Positions 51,339 through 60,495 of a DNA stretch of 64,000 nucleotides are shown piece by piece. The notes below the pieces were generated by a model. It made no database searches, was not told where the DNA came from, and worked only from the letters and a program-made list of their open reading frames with translations. Origin of the DNA: an uncultured Gemmatimonadaceae bacterium (lineage in GTDB: Bacteria; Gemmatimonadota; Gemmatimonadetes; Gemmatimonadales; Gemmatimonadaceae); contig CAVVTZ010000014.1 of assembly GCA_963751275.1 (NCBI GenBank), forward strand, positions 32,001 through 96,000, read 5' to 3'. The translations under genes and the position numbers were made by a program. Each line of letters begins with the position of its first letter. The stretch's first letter is position 1.

Positions 51339-51776
51339 CTACAATGCCGCGAGCACCTCGCGCAGTTTCACATCCAGGATGCGCGGCCAGCCCGACTTGA
51401 CGCCGGTGAAGTGGTGCGTGTTGTGGGACTGGAAGCCGGTGTGGAGGAGCACGAGCTTCGTGCCGCCGCCGGCGGTGGGCGTGAGCGTGAACGTGACCAC
51501 GGTGTCGAGTTCGTCGGCGCCCTGCCCGGCCTTCCAGCTGTAGCTGAGCTTCTTGTCGGGCACCGACTCCAGGATCTCGCAGTGCACCGTGCCGTCCCAC
51601 CACGGCTGCGGCTTCGCCGTGAAGGTGAACTTCGTGCCGCGCTTGGGGCCGATGTCCGTGGTCATGAGCCATTGCGAGACGAGCTTGGGATCGGTGAGTG
51701 CGCGCCAGACTTTGGCCGGGGCGTGCGGCAGCTCGGTCTCCATGGTGAACGATTCGGTGGTGGCTTGGGCGGTCAT
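51339..51776 (-). CDS. SRPBCC/AHSA1-domain protein
   Basis: KVWRALTDP..SQWLM, KLSYSW, VTFTL..GGTKLVLLHTGF and GW. Confidence 0.88.
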   Translation of the reverse strand: MTAQATTESFTMETELPHAPAKVWRALTDPKLVSQWLMTTDIGPKRGTKFTFTAKPQPWWDGTVHCEILESVPDKKLSYSWKAGQGADELDTVVTFTLTPTAGGGTKLVLLHTGFQSHNTHHFTGVKSGWPRILDVKLREVLAAL

Positions 51777-52090
51777 GGGTCCATCTCCTTGAGCAGGGCT
51801 TGGAGTTTGTCGAGGCGCGCGGGCCAGAACGCCTCGTAGTGGGCGAGCCAATCCACCAGTGGGCGGAGCCCCTTGGGCTCCACGCGGTAGTACACGAGGC
51901 GGCCGTCGCGTCGCTCGCGCACGAGGCCGGCTTTGCGCAGCGCGGCGAGGTGCTGGGAGACGGCGGGCTGCGAGATGTCGAAACGGGCGGTGAGGTCCTT
52001 CACCGCCGCTTCGCCGCGGGTGAGCCGTTCGAGGATCCGCCGCCGGCTGGGATCGGCCAGGGCGCGGAAGAGGGTGTCTTCGCGTCGCAT
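51773..52090 (-). CDS. ArsR/SmtB-family transcriptional regulator
   Basis: FRALADPSRRRIL and ISQPAVSQHLAALRKAGLV. Confidence 0.92.
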   Translation of the reverse strand: MRREDTLFRALADPSRRRILERLTRGEAAVKDLTARFDISQPAVSQHLAALRKAGLVRERRDGRLVYYRVEPKGLRPLVDWLAHYEAFWPARLDKLQALLKEMDP

Positions 52091-52100
52091 GGGGGTAATA

Positions 52101-52127
52101 CATAAGCGAGTACTTATGCTTTGTCAA
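52101..52127 (-). promoter_or_regulatory. -35 box plus inverted-repeat operator (likely ArsR autoregulation)
   Basis: TTGACA at 52127-52122 (minus strand) followed by CATAAG-N6-CTTATG at 52101-52118, 10 nt before the ATG. Confidence 0.65.
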
Positions 52128-52209
52128 GACACGCCGGCGCGAGCGAGGCCGAGCGGGCCGTGCGAGGCAACGTGCGCCCGGACGCCGATTCGGGCGGACG
52201 AGGGGTGAC

Positions 52210-52670
52210 GCTGCGCACCCGCACAGCGCGCGAACCGGACGCCACGCGGCCTCGAATCGCGCGCGGTAATGCACGCCCGAGGCCGACACGAGATCGAAGT
52301 CGCCACGCACGGGCGAACTCGTCTCCACGCGGTGGAACGACACGCGGCCCGCTCAGGGTCCACGGGAAGCGCCTTGCCGTCGGAGTAGTACACGGAGCCG
52401 GTGCGCCCATCGCGATCGGGGAACTGGAAAGCTCACGGAGTCCTTGATCGCGGGCGCCTGCCAGATGGAGATCCGGATCACGGCGCCCTTGGCGCCTCCC
52501 GGCAGCGGCTCGGCGGGAACGGTCGTCACGAACGCGGAGCCATCCCATGGCGCGCAACTGCGCTCGATCGTCGCCTTCAAGGGCGCGCCGTCCTGACGGC
52601 TCCGCGCGCCGAGATCGGCGCGCGGAGCGAATGCCAAGCCGAACAGCAGGAGCGGGATCGCAGCTCGCAT
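52210..52670 (-). CDS. secreted hypothetical protein with several frameshifts (3' end uncertain)
   Basis: Signal peptide and RSCAPWDGSAF..IRISIWQAP; later fragment SFHRVETSSPVRGDFDLV..RFEAAW..ALCG in another frame. Confidence 0.45.
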
Positions 52671-52678
52671 ATCGCTCG

Positions 52679-52831
52679 CTATCCGCGGCTCTTGAAGAAT
52701 TGCACGGCCCGCTCGTGCTTCTCCGCGGCCGCGCGCGTGGCGAAGGTGCCAAGGTTGCGGCGCTTGCCGGTGCGCGGGTTCTTCTTGCGCGAATACAGCC
52801 GGTACTTGCCCGAGGAAAGCTTACGGATCAT
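52679..52831 (-). CDS. 50-aa basic small protein (not in the ORF track)
   Basis: GAGGT RBS; MIRKLSSGKYRLYSRKKNPRTGKRRNLGTFATRAAAEKHERAVQFFKSRG*. Confidence 0.8.
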   Translation of the reverse strand: MIRKLSSGKYRLYSRKKNPRTGKRRNLGTFATRAAAEKHERAVQFFKSRG

Positions 52832-53027
52832 GGCGATCACCTCTTCGCGTAATGGTCGGCGCCAGGGAAATACGAAGATACATATGGCTCATACCCCGCG
52901 ACGCGACTGTCGTGCGCCCGCGAGAGAACGAGGCTCGTGTCATGCATCGACAGGTCCTTTGATCTCGATGCTGATCACGTGTGACGGCCCACCCGCGCGA
53001 CTCATCGATCGCTTCTCGCACGCGCGC

Positions 53028-53534
53028 TCACGCGGCGTCCGTCGCATCGCGCGGCCATCCGGCGAGCGCTGCGATCTGGCGCAGATGGTGATGCAAGTGC
53101 GCCACGTAGTCGGCCATGAAGTAGTCGAGCGTGGCCGGCTGATCCGCGGGCACGACGCTCCACGCGATCTCATCCAGATTGTGCCGCCGGTGTTGCTTCA
53201 TCCGGATCTCCACCGGGATCTTCGCCATCAGGCGCGCGATGTGCCGGTTGTAGCCGGCCCAGAGCGCCACGAGATCCGTCCACGGCGCATTTTGGTAGTC
53301 CTGCGCCGCCGTCCACATATCCTGGTCGTAGCCCGGGAAGTTCAGGTCGTCCTGCGACCGGATGCGCACGAAGCGTTGATGGTTGTTCGATGCCGAGTCG
53401 ATGAGATGGCCGATGATCTCCTTGGGCGACCACGTGCCCGGCGCGGGTCGGCGCGCGTTCACCGCGTCGGGGAGCGCGAGCAGCATCGGCGTCACGCGCG
53501 CGATGGTGGCGTTGAGATCGTCAATGTAGTTCAC
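53028..53534 (-). CDS. DinB/YfiT-family protein
   Basis: WSPKEIIGHLIDSASNNHQRF, PGYDQD.W and DYVAHLHHHL. Confidence 0.88.
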   Translation of the reverse strand: MNYIDDLNATIARVTPMLLALPDAVNARRPAPGTWSPKEIIGHLIDSASNNHQRFVRIRSQDDLNFPGYDQDMWTAAQDYQNAPWTDLVALWAGYNRHIARLMAKIPVEIRMKQHRRHNLDEIAWSVVPADQPATLDYFMADYVAHLHHHLRQIAALAGWPRDATDAA

Positions 53535-53547
53535 GTGTTCATGAATT

Positions 53548-56299
53548 CTAACGCGGATTCCCAGGCGCCGACACGTTCGCGCTCGCCACGCGGCCGCGGC
53601 CGAGCTGGGCGCGCAGCTCCACGAGCACGCGCGTGCCGGGATCCGCGCTGGCGGGAATGAACGCGATCGCCCGCCGCACGAGCGGTTCCGCCGTCGCCGC
53701 ATTCCCACGGGCGATCAGGAAGGCGCCATAGCTCGCGACGATCGCGGGATACGCCGTGCTGTCCACCCGCGTGCCTCCCGCGAGCGCCGCCAGCGCATTG
53801 CGATACAATGAATCCGCGCCGATCGGATCGCCGTCGGCCGCGCGCGCGCCGGCCTCCACGGCCGCGAGCCGCGCGAACGACGGCGGCAATCGCCCGCGCT
53901 TCGCGCGCAGCGCAGCGAGAAGCGGCTTCGCCACGATTCCGGCGTCGTGACCCTGCCCTCCCTGCAGCTGGATGAAGCCGAGCCGCTGCCCCGCATTCAG
54001 GGTCAGCTCGTGGAACTCGCCCACGCGCCGTTGCAACGACGCATAGGCGGCCATCGCCTCGGCCGTCGCCGCGCGGAGTGCGCCGACGTTCGCCTTGTAC
54101 TCGGCGAGCTGCGACGAACTGTTGAACGTCTCAGGGTGCCCGGCACCCATCACACTCTTGAACATCTCCAGCGCGCGCCGCGACGTCGCAGCCGCAGCGG
54201 CATCGTGGAACTGCATGGACTCGAAGAGCGCCATGCGATCGAGCGCGCGCGCGAGATTCAGCCCGCCGCCCCGGTCCACCTGCTCCAATCCCGCGACCGC
54301 GCCGCGCAACCTCGGCTCCGCCGCCGCCAGATCCCCCTGCTTCATCTCGATCATCGCGAGATTCGATTCTCCCACGAGGAGCTTCACATCGAGCGGCGCG
54401 AGCACCCCGCGCCGGTGCGATTGCGCCGCCGTGAGCGCCGACTCCGCGGCGGCCAGACGGTCCTGCGCCGCGAGCAACGACCCCAGATCGCTCAGCCGCG
54501 ACGCCGTGATCGTGTCGTTCGCACCGGTAAGGCGCACTTGCATCGCGAGCGACTGCCGGTACAACGACTCGGCGGCCGCCGGCTGGTCCAGCCGCTTCTT
54601 CGCGGTCGCGAGGATGTCGATCGCATCCGACAGCGCCTGGCTCTCCGCACCGCCGGCGCCGAGATATGCCGCGATCGCCGGCGTCAGCAGCGAATCGGCC
54701 TGCGAGTACTCTCCGCGATCGTTGAGCCCCCACGCGACCGCCATCACCTGATTGAGCAATTCCTCGGATCCGGCGCCATATACGCGGCCCGACGCGGCCA
54801 GCCCTTTCCGGTGCAAGGTGTCGGCCTGCGCCAGGAGATCGAGGTGCGCATAGGTATTCCCGAGCTCTTCGTAGAGCTCCGCCGCCACCGCCGGCTCGTG
54901 TTCCGCCAGACTGTCCACTTGCTTCGTGCCGCGGTCGAGCAGCTGCCGCACCGAGAACTCACCGCCCTGCGTCACGTTCGGATCGGCCTGGTGCAGCAGG
55001 TCGACGAGGAATCCTTTCACGCGGTCGGCGCGCGCCGCCTCGAGGCGCGCGGCACGCGCCTGCCACACGGTGGACACCACCCCGCCAACCGAACGCGAGC
55101 GCGACGATCGCCGCGGCCGCGACGGCAACGCGATGCCGGCCGATGAACTTTCCGGCGCGATACCGGAATGAATCCGGACGCGCGAGCACGGGCCGCCCTT
55201 CCCGGTAGCGGCGCAGATCGTCGAGCATCGCATCCGCGGTCGCGTAGCGGCGCGCCGGATCCTTCTGCAGCGCCTTGAGCACGATCGTGTCGAGATCGCC
55301 CGACAACGCACGCCGCGATGGCGATGCGCCGATCGCGACACTCGGCGCCACCGGGTCGGTGGAACAGACGACGCGCTCGATCTCCGCCGCCGAACGCTTG
55401 TCGAACCGGTGCGCGCGCTGTCCGGTGAGCAGCTGGTAGAGCACCGCGCCCAGCGAGTAGATGTCGCTGGCCGCGCTGACGCGCTCGCCGCGCACTTGCT
55501 CCGGCGACGCATACTCCGGCGTCATCACGCGGCCGTATGCGAGGGTGATCTCGGGATCGGAGGCGCTCTCGTCGCCGAGGAGTTTCGCGATCCCGAAATC
55601 GAGCAGCTTCACTTCGCCCTTGTCGGTGACGAAGATATTCCCCGGCTTGAGATCGCGATGCACCAGCAGATGCTGATGCGCATAGGCGACGGCGCCGAGC
55701 ACGTGCTCCATGAGCGCGAGGCGGCGCGGCACGTCGAGCGCGAGATCGTCGCAATAGCGATCGAGCGGGCGGCCGGCCACGTACTCCATCGCGAACCACG
55801 GGAGCCCCGTGTCGGTGACACCGCCGTCGAGCAGGCGCGCGACGCTGGGATGTTCGAGCGTGGCGAGGATGCGCCGCTCTTCGAGGAATCGACGAATGAG
55901 CAGCGGATCGTGTTCGCGCCCGCGGCGAATGAGCTTGAGCGCCGCGGTCTGCGCGAACTGGCCGTCGGCCCGCTCGGCGAGGAACACTTCGCCCATCCCG
56001 CCCTGTCCGAGTATGCGTGCGAGGCGCCAGACGCCGATCGTGTCGCCCACGCGCACACGAGTGCCCACGGCCTCCTCCACGGCGATCATGAGCGGGCCGG
56101 CCATGTCGGCGATCGAATGCTCGAGCGGGCCATTGGGATCCTCGCCCGCCACGAGCATGCGCTCTACCTGAGAGCGCAACGCGGCATCGCCGGCGCAGGC
56201 GCGGTCAAGGAAGGCGGCGCGCTCTTTCGGAGAGAGATCGAGCGCCGCTTCGAGAATGGGCTCGATGCGGGCCCACGCGCTGAGATCGGGCGAGGTCAT
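53548..56299 (-). CDS. Hanks-type Ser/Thr kinase with TM and TPR region, frameshifted near 55090
   Basis: LGQGGMGEV, ALK, HRDLKPGN, DFG, TPEYASPEQ and DIYSLG, then a TM and TPR-like helices in ORF 53548..55512. Confidence 0.9.
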
Positions 56300-56871
56300 G
56301 ACGCGCCGTCGTCGAGCGCCGTGGCGAGCCAGCCTTTGGCTTTGATCCAGTCGCGGCGCACGGTGCGCGCCGTGATACCGAGTGCGGCGGCCGTTTCCTC
56401 CTCGGTGAGTCCCAGGAAATAGCGGCACTCCACCACGCGCACCAATCGCGGATCCAGCGCGGCGAGCCGCTCGAGAGCATCGTTGAGTTCGAGCACCGCT
56501 TCGGCGCTCTCATCTTGTGCGAGCGCGATGCCGCTCAGGCTCACGCGCTGCCGCTCGCCGCCGTGCCGCTCCACGTTGCGCCGCCGCGCGTGCTCCACGA
56601 GGATGCGCCGCATCGCGATCGCCGCCACGCCAACGAAGTGCGCGCGGTCCGCGAGCTCCACGCGCGTCTGGTCCACGAGACGCAGGTACGCTTCGTGCAC
56701 GAGCGCGGTGGTGGTGAGCGTATGATCGGGCCGTTCGCGCCGCATGTATCGCTGCGCGAGCTCGTGCAGTTCGGCGTAGACGAGCGGCAGCAGCTGGTCG
56801 ATCGTGCGCTGGTCGCCACGTGACAGTTCCAGCACCAGATCGGTCGCCGCGGCCGGCGGCAGTGGCGGCAT
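56296..56871 (-). CDS. ECF sigma factor, TIGR02999 type
   Basis: LLPLVYAELH, HTLTTTALVHEAYLRL, AMRRILVEHAR and TVRRDW; stop overlaps the kinase start. Confidence 0.92.
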   Translation of the reverse strand: MPPLPPAAATDLVLELSRGDQRTIDQLLPLVYAELHELAQRYMRRERPDHTLTTTALVHEAYLRLVDQTRVELADRAHFVGVAAIAMRRILVEHARRRNVERHGGERQRVSLSGIALAQDESAEAVLELNDALERLAALDPRLVRVVECRYFLGLTEEETAAALGITARTVRRDWIKAKGWLATALDDGAS

Positions 56872-56992
56872 GGGATAGGGGTCGAGGCCCGCGGATAGGC
56901 GGCGTCCGAGATTCCGCCCGGACGCCGCCCGCTCCACTGCCCCAACATACCCAGCCCACCCGCCACGCGATATCACCGGCCTCCGCCGGCGG

Positions 56993-58672
56993 TCACTTGT
57001 CGATCGTGATCGTCGCACCGGACAGCGAGAGGTCGGACTTGGCGAACCCCGATGCCGTGATGCCGGTGAGCGTCGCCTGGTAGGTACTGCTGCTCGTGCT
57101 GCCCGGGCCGGTGGACGAACTCCCGCAGCTCGCGACCGTGACGCCGCACACCGTGAGCAGCGCGAGCATCGCGAGCCGGCGGCGGCGTCGCATCGCCGGC
57201 ACCAGCAGGAGCGGCAGCACCGCGAGTGCCGCGCCGCCGCCCAGGCGTTGCGCGAGCGTGGTATTGAAATCGTAGGTCACGAGGATGTCCACCGGCGTCG
57301 TGATCGTGTAAGCGGGATTCAGCGCGAGCGTCACCGAGCCGTCGTTCGCCGCGAAGGCGCCGCTCGCCAGCACAGAATCGGTGCCATTGACGTGACCGTT
57401 GCCGTTCTTGTCGAGATAGAGCCGCACCGCCGTGACATCCACCTGCTCGTTGCCGCTCCCCTGCGCCTTGATGGTGACATTGTCCAGCAGCGCGAGCGAG
57501 GCGGGCGTGAGCGCGAACTCGAGCATCGGCACGCTGGTCGAGCCCTTCTGTACCACTTGGTCCGCCGGCGAGCTGCCGCCGAGCGCGACCGTCACGGGCA
57601 AGCTGTGCAGGATGCAGGGCGCCTTGTTGTTCGTCTGATTGTTGTCGGGCGGCGGATCGTCGCTGTACGGCGGATTCGCGCTCGAGACCTGAACGCCGAC
57701 GCAGAATTGGGTCTGTGTCGGCGGCGGCGCGTTGGGGCCATCGGGCCCGCCGCTGTATCGGAGGGTGAAGGTCGTGCTGTCGCCGGGGGGAAGATAGGTG
57801 ACGATACAGTTCCGCTGGTCCGTGTAGCAATTGCCGTCCGACGCGAACCAGGCGATCTGAACGTCGGGCCCATCTTCGAGGCTGTCGCCGAGCGTGGCGA
57901 GACTGACGCCGAGGGCCCCGTGCGGCCCGTGATTCACGACGCGGAAGGTGGAGCTCATGACCTGCCCACCGTAGGATGAATTCACGAGCGCAACGCTCAG
58001 GTCCGCGTTGAAGTGTTGCTCGGCCGGCCCGTTTCCAACGGTGTCGATGAAGCCGGCACCCTGCGGGATGTAATTCACATTCGCGATGTTCACGGCGAAC
58101 GAATCCGGCCCCTCGGAGCAACACGACCCGACATCCGGCGTCGCGGTCAGCGTCCCGGTCGCGCCGTAGGGGATGATCCCGTGGCAGGCATGGAAATCGA
58201 CCACCGCCATCACGCCGCTCCCGAGCACGATCGAGTGGCAGCTCGCGACAGCCCCACCGCCGCCGCTCGAGGAAGCCACGGCGACCGTCGCCTGGCCCGT
58301 GCCGTCGTTGAGATGGCCGCCCAGCAGATTCATGTCGATCGAAAGCGCGCAATCCTGGAACGCGACCGGCACATCGACATTCGTCCACTTGTTCGCGGTG
58401 ATCGTGAAGGTCACGTTCGTGGCAGTCGCGCGGCACGGGCCCACGAGGGCGTCCACGCGCGAGAACGTGTACGTGCCCGGCGTGAATTCCTGGGTGAAGA
58501 TCTCCTGCGGTCCGCTCGCCGTCTGCAGGAACGTGCGATACACGGTGGCGTCGGGCCCGTTGGGCACGTGCGTGTACAGGCTGACGAATCCGGTCTGCGC
58601 GAACGCCGCGGCCAGCGGCGCACAACAGAGGGCGAGCGCGATACGAATGGAATGCAGCGGTCGATGACGCAT
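56993..58672 (-). CDS. secreted multi-beta-sandwich (DUF11-like) protein with an internal TM/lipobox-like segment
   Basis: Signal peptide; ADLSV..VVNHGP..LPPGDS..DPPPDNN; late segment AALAVLPLLLVPAMRRRRRLAMLALLTVCGVTVASCGSSS. Confidence 0.75.
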   Translation of the reverse strand: MRHRPLHSIRIALALCCAPLAAAFAQTGFVSLYTHVPNGPDATVYRTFLQTASGPQEIFTQEFTPGTYTFSRVDALVGPCRATATNVTFTITANKWTNVDVPVAFQDCALSIDMNLLGGHLNDGTGQATVAVASSSGGGGAVASCHSIVLGSGVMAVVDFHACHGIIPYGATGTLTATPDVGSCCSEGPDSFAVNIANVNYIPQGAGFIDTVGNGPAEQHFNADLSVALVNSSYGGQVMSSTFRVVNHGPHGALGVSLATLGDSLEDGPDVQIAWFASDGNCYTDQRNCIVTYLPPGDSTTFTLRYSGGPDGPNAPPPTQTQFCVGVQVSSANPPYSDDPPPDNNQTNNKAPCILHSLPVTVALGGSSPADQVVQKGSTSVPMLEFALTPASLALLDNVTIKAQGSGNEQVDVTAVRLYLDKNGNGHVNGTDSVLASGAFAANDGSVTLALNPAYTITTPVDILVTYDFNTTLAQRLGGGAALAVLPLLLVPAMRRRRRLAMLALLTVCGVTVASCGSSSTGPGSTSSSTYQATLTGITASGFAKSDLSLSGATITIDK

Positions 58673-58769
58673 GATGGCTCTCCGGGAGGGGCCCGAACGC
58701 GGGCCGTGAATGACCTCTACCGGAGAAGCGCGGATTCCTGCGGAAAAGCGGACATCGGGGGCGGGCAGG

Positions 58770-59588
58770 CTAGGCCTTCCAGTCCACCTCGTGCAATTCG
58801 ACCGCCTCGGGAAATCCCTTCAGCTGAACATCGCCGTGCTTGTTGAAGGTGAACGCCTTCCCGCTGCTCAACTCGCGCACCACGCGCGAGGCGAGGATCT
58901 GCCCCGGCGCCGCGGCCGCGCAGATCCGCGCGGTCTCGTTCACAGCCGCACCGAACAAGGCTTGGCCATCCACGATCGGCTCTCCCGCCCCGAGCCCGAT
59001 GCGCACCTCGATGTTCACGCTGCTCTGGTCCTTCGAATTGTACTCCTGGAACGTCCGCTGGATCGCCACGGCGCACGCCACGGCCTGCGACACCGACGCG
59101 AACGAGATGAGGAAACCGTCTCCGGCGCGGTCGATCTCTCGGCCCGAATGCTTCACCAATGCGCCGCGCACGATCTCGTTGTGCTTCGCCGCGATTGAGC
59201 GCGCCTCCGCATCGCCCAGCTTCGTCGTGATGTGCGTCGAGTCCGCCATGTCAGTGAACATGATCGCGCGGAATCCGGTCTCATTGATCGGCGTCGCCGC
59301 CGCGTTCGCCGGATCGGTGACGCGTCCGAGGAACCCCGCGACGGTCGCCGCATCCACCTCCACGATCAGGTTCGGGATGAGTCCGTGCGCCTCCTTGTGC
59401 ATGGCGCGTACCGCGGCCTCGGTGGGCGCCTCGATCAAACAGAACGCCGTGCCGCGCTGCTCATCGAACCAGTACGTCAGCCCCTTGCACGCGTGCTGCC
59501 CCTGGATCGCCAGATCCTTCTGGTGGGCGGCTGCGACGTCCTCGGCGGTGGCGTCACGAATGTCATGGCGGTCCATGTACAGCGGCAT
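58770..59588 (-). CDS. DUF4242 (SCO4226-like) domain fused to a class III nucleotide cyclase
   Basis: MPLYMDRH..AAAHQKDL..YW..FCL..AP..HKEAHG, then FTDMADST, GDGF, VRIGL and FGAAVNETARI. Confidence 0.85.
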   Translation of the reverse strand: MPLYMDRHDIRDATAEDVAAAHQKDLAIQGQHACKGLTYWFDEQRGTAFCLIEAPTEAAVRAMHKEAHGLIPNLIVEVDAATVAGFLGRVTDPANAAATPINETGFRAIMFTDMADSTHITTKLGDAEARSIAAKHNEIVRGALVKHSGREIDRAGDGFLISFASVSQAVACAVAIQRTFQEYNSKDQSSVNIEVRIGLGAGEPIVDGQALFGAAVNETARICAAAAPGQILASRVVRELSSGKAFTFNKHGDVQLKGFPEAVELHEVDWKA

Positions 59589-59619
59589 GCAGGATTCTCC
59601 ATTGTGTCGAGATGACCGG

Positions 59620-60216
59620 TCAGCGCGCGTGCCGCGCCAGCCGCGCGAGCAGATGCCGCTGCACGTCGCGCCACTCCGTGGCAAGGATGCTGAACATCAC
59701 GCTGTCACGCACGGTGCCGTCGCGGCGCATTTGATGGTGGCGGATCACGCCGTCCAGTCTCGCGCCGAGTGCGGCGATCGCGTGCTGCGAATTGAGGTTC
59801 AGGATGTCGGTGCGCAGCGCCACCACCCCGCAGCCCAGCGTCTCGAACGCGTGGCCGAGCAGCAGCAGCTTGCACGCGGTGTTCACATGGGTCCGTTGCC
59901 AGCGCTTCGCGTACCACGTGTAGCCGATCTCGACGCGATCGATCGGCGCGACGATGTCGTGATAGCGCGTGCTGCCGACGATCGTGTTCGTCGCGAGTTC
60001 GCGCACGGCCCACGGCAGCATGTGCCCCGCATGCTGGCCGGCGAGCGCGTCGGCGATGTACTTGGCGGTCAGGTCCGGCTCGGGCACGGCGGTGTACCGA
60101 AGCTCCCAGAGGCGGCCATCGGCCACGGCCGCCCGCAGCGCCGGCTCATGCGCGGCCGTGAGCGGCTCGAGACGAACGCCGTGGCCTTCGAGGGTGATCG
60201 GGGCGAGGGTGATCAA
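59620..60216 (-). CDS. GNAT (RimJ/RimL-like) N-acetyltransferase
   Basis: LEGHGVRLEPL, VGSTRY, EIGYTW, N..SQ.AI..LGA and DGTVRDSVMFSI; TTG start inferred. Confidence 0.88.
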   Translation of the reverse strand: MITLAPITLEGHGVRLEPLTAAHEPALRAAVADGRLWELRYTAVPEPDLTAKYIADALAGQHAGHMLPWAVRELATNTIVGSTRYHDIVAPIDRVEIGYTWYAKRWQRTHVNTACKLLLLGHAFETLGCGVVALRTDILNLNSQHAIAALGARLDGVIRHHQMRRDGTVRDSVMFSILATEWRDVQRHLLARLARHAR

Positions 60217-60251
60217 GGTGCTCGCGAACTCCAGGAAGGGCGTGAGACGAA

Positions 60252-60473
60252 ACCCGAACTCCGTGATTCGTACCCCGAACACCGTGAGGCGCGAGGCGTG
60301 CGACGAACGGACTGGACTGCGTCAATAGCACCCTGAACGCCGTGAGTGCACTCACAACTTACGGAGTTCGGGGCGCGACGCACGGGGTGCGGGGTTCGAC
60401 TCACGCTCCACAGTCCGTTCGTCGCACGCCTCACGCCTCACGGTGTTCGGGGTACGCCTCACGGAGTTCGGGT
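60252..60473. repeat. long palindrome built of 7/21-nt units
   Basis: ACCCGAACTCCGTGA..TACCCCGAACACCGTGAGGCGCGAGGCGTGCGACGAACG ... CGTTCGTCGCACGCCTCACGCCTCACGGTGTTCGGGGTA..TCACGGAGTTCGGGT. Confidence 0.85.
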
Positions 60474-60495
60474 CGCCACGAACGCAGTTGTGACT

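Noticed and set aside
52840..53025. Riboswitch or ncRNA upstream of the 50-aa gene
   Set aside because: Some pairing potential, but no recognisable aptamer consensus.
9388..55512. Programmed ribosomal frameshifting as the cause of the split genes
   Set aside because: No shared slippery motif was seen and the affected families are not known recoding targets; sequencing error is more parsimonious.
58770..59588. Pycsar/CBASS-type defence cyclase
   Set aside because: No adjacent cyclic-nucleotide-binding effector gene, and the sensor-cyclase architecture fits signalling.
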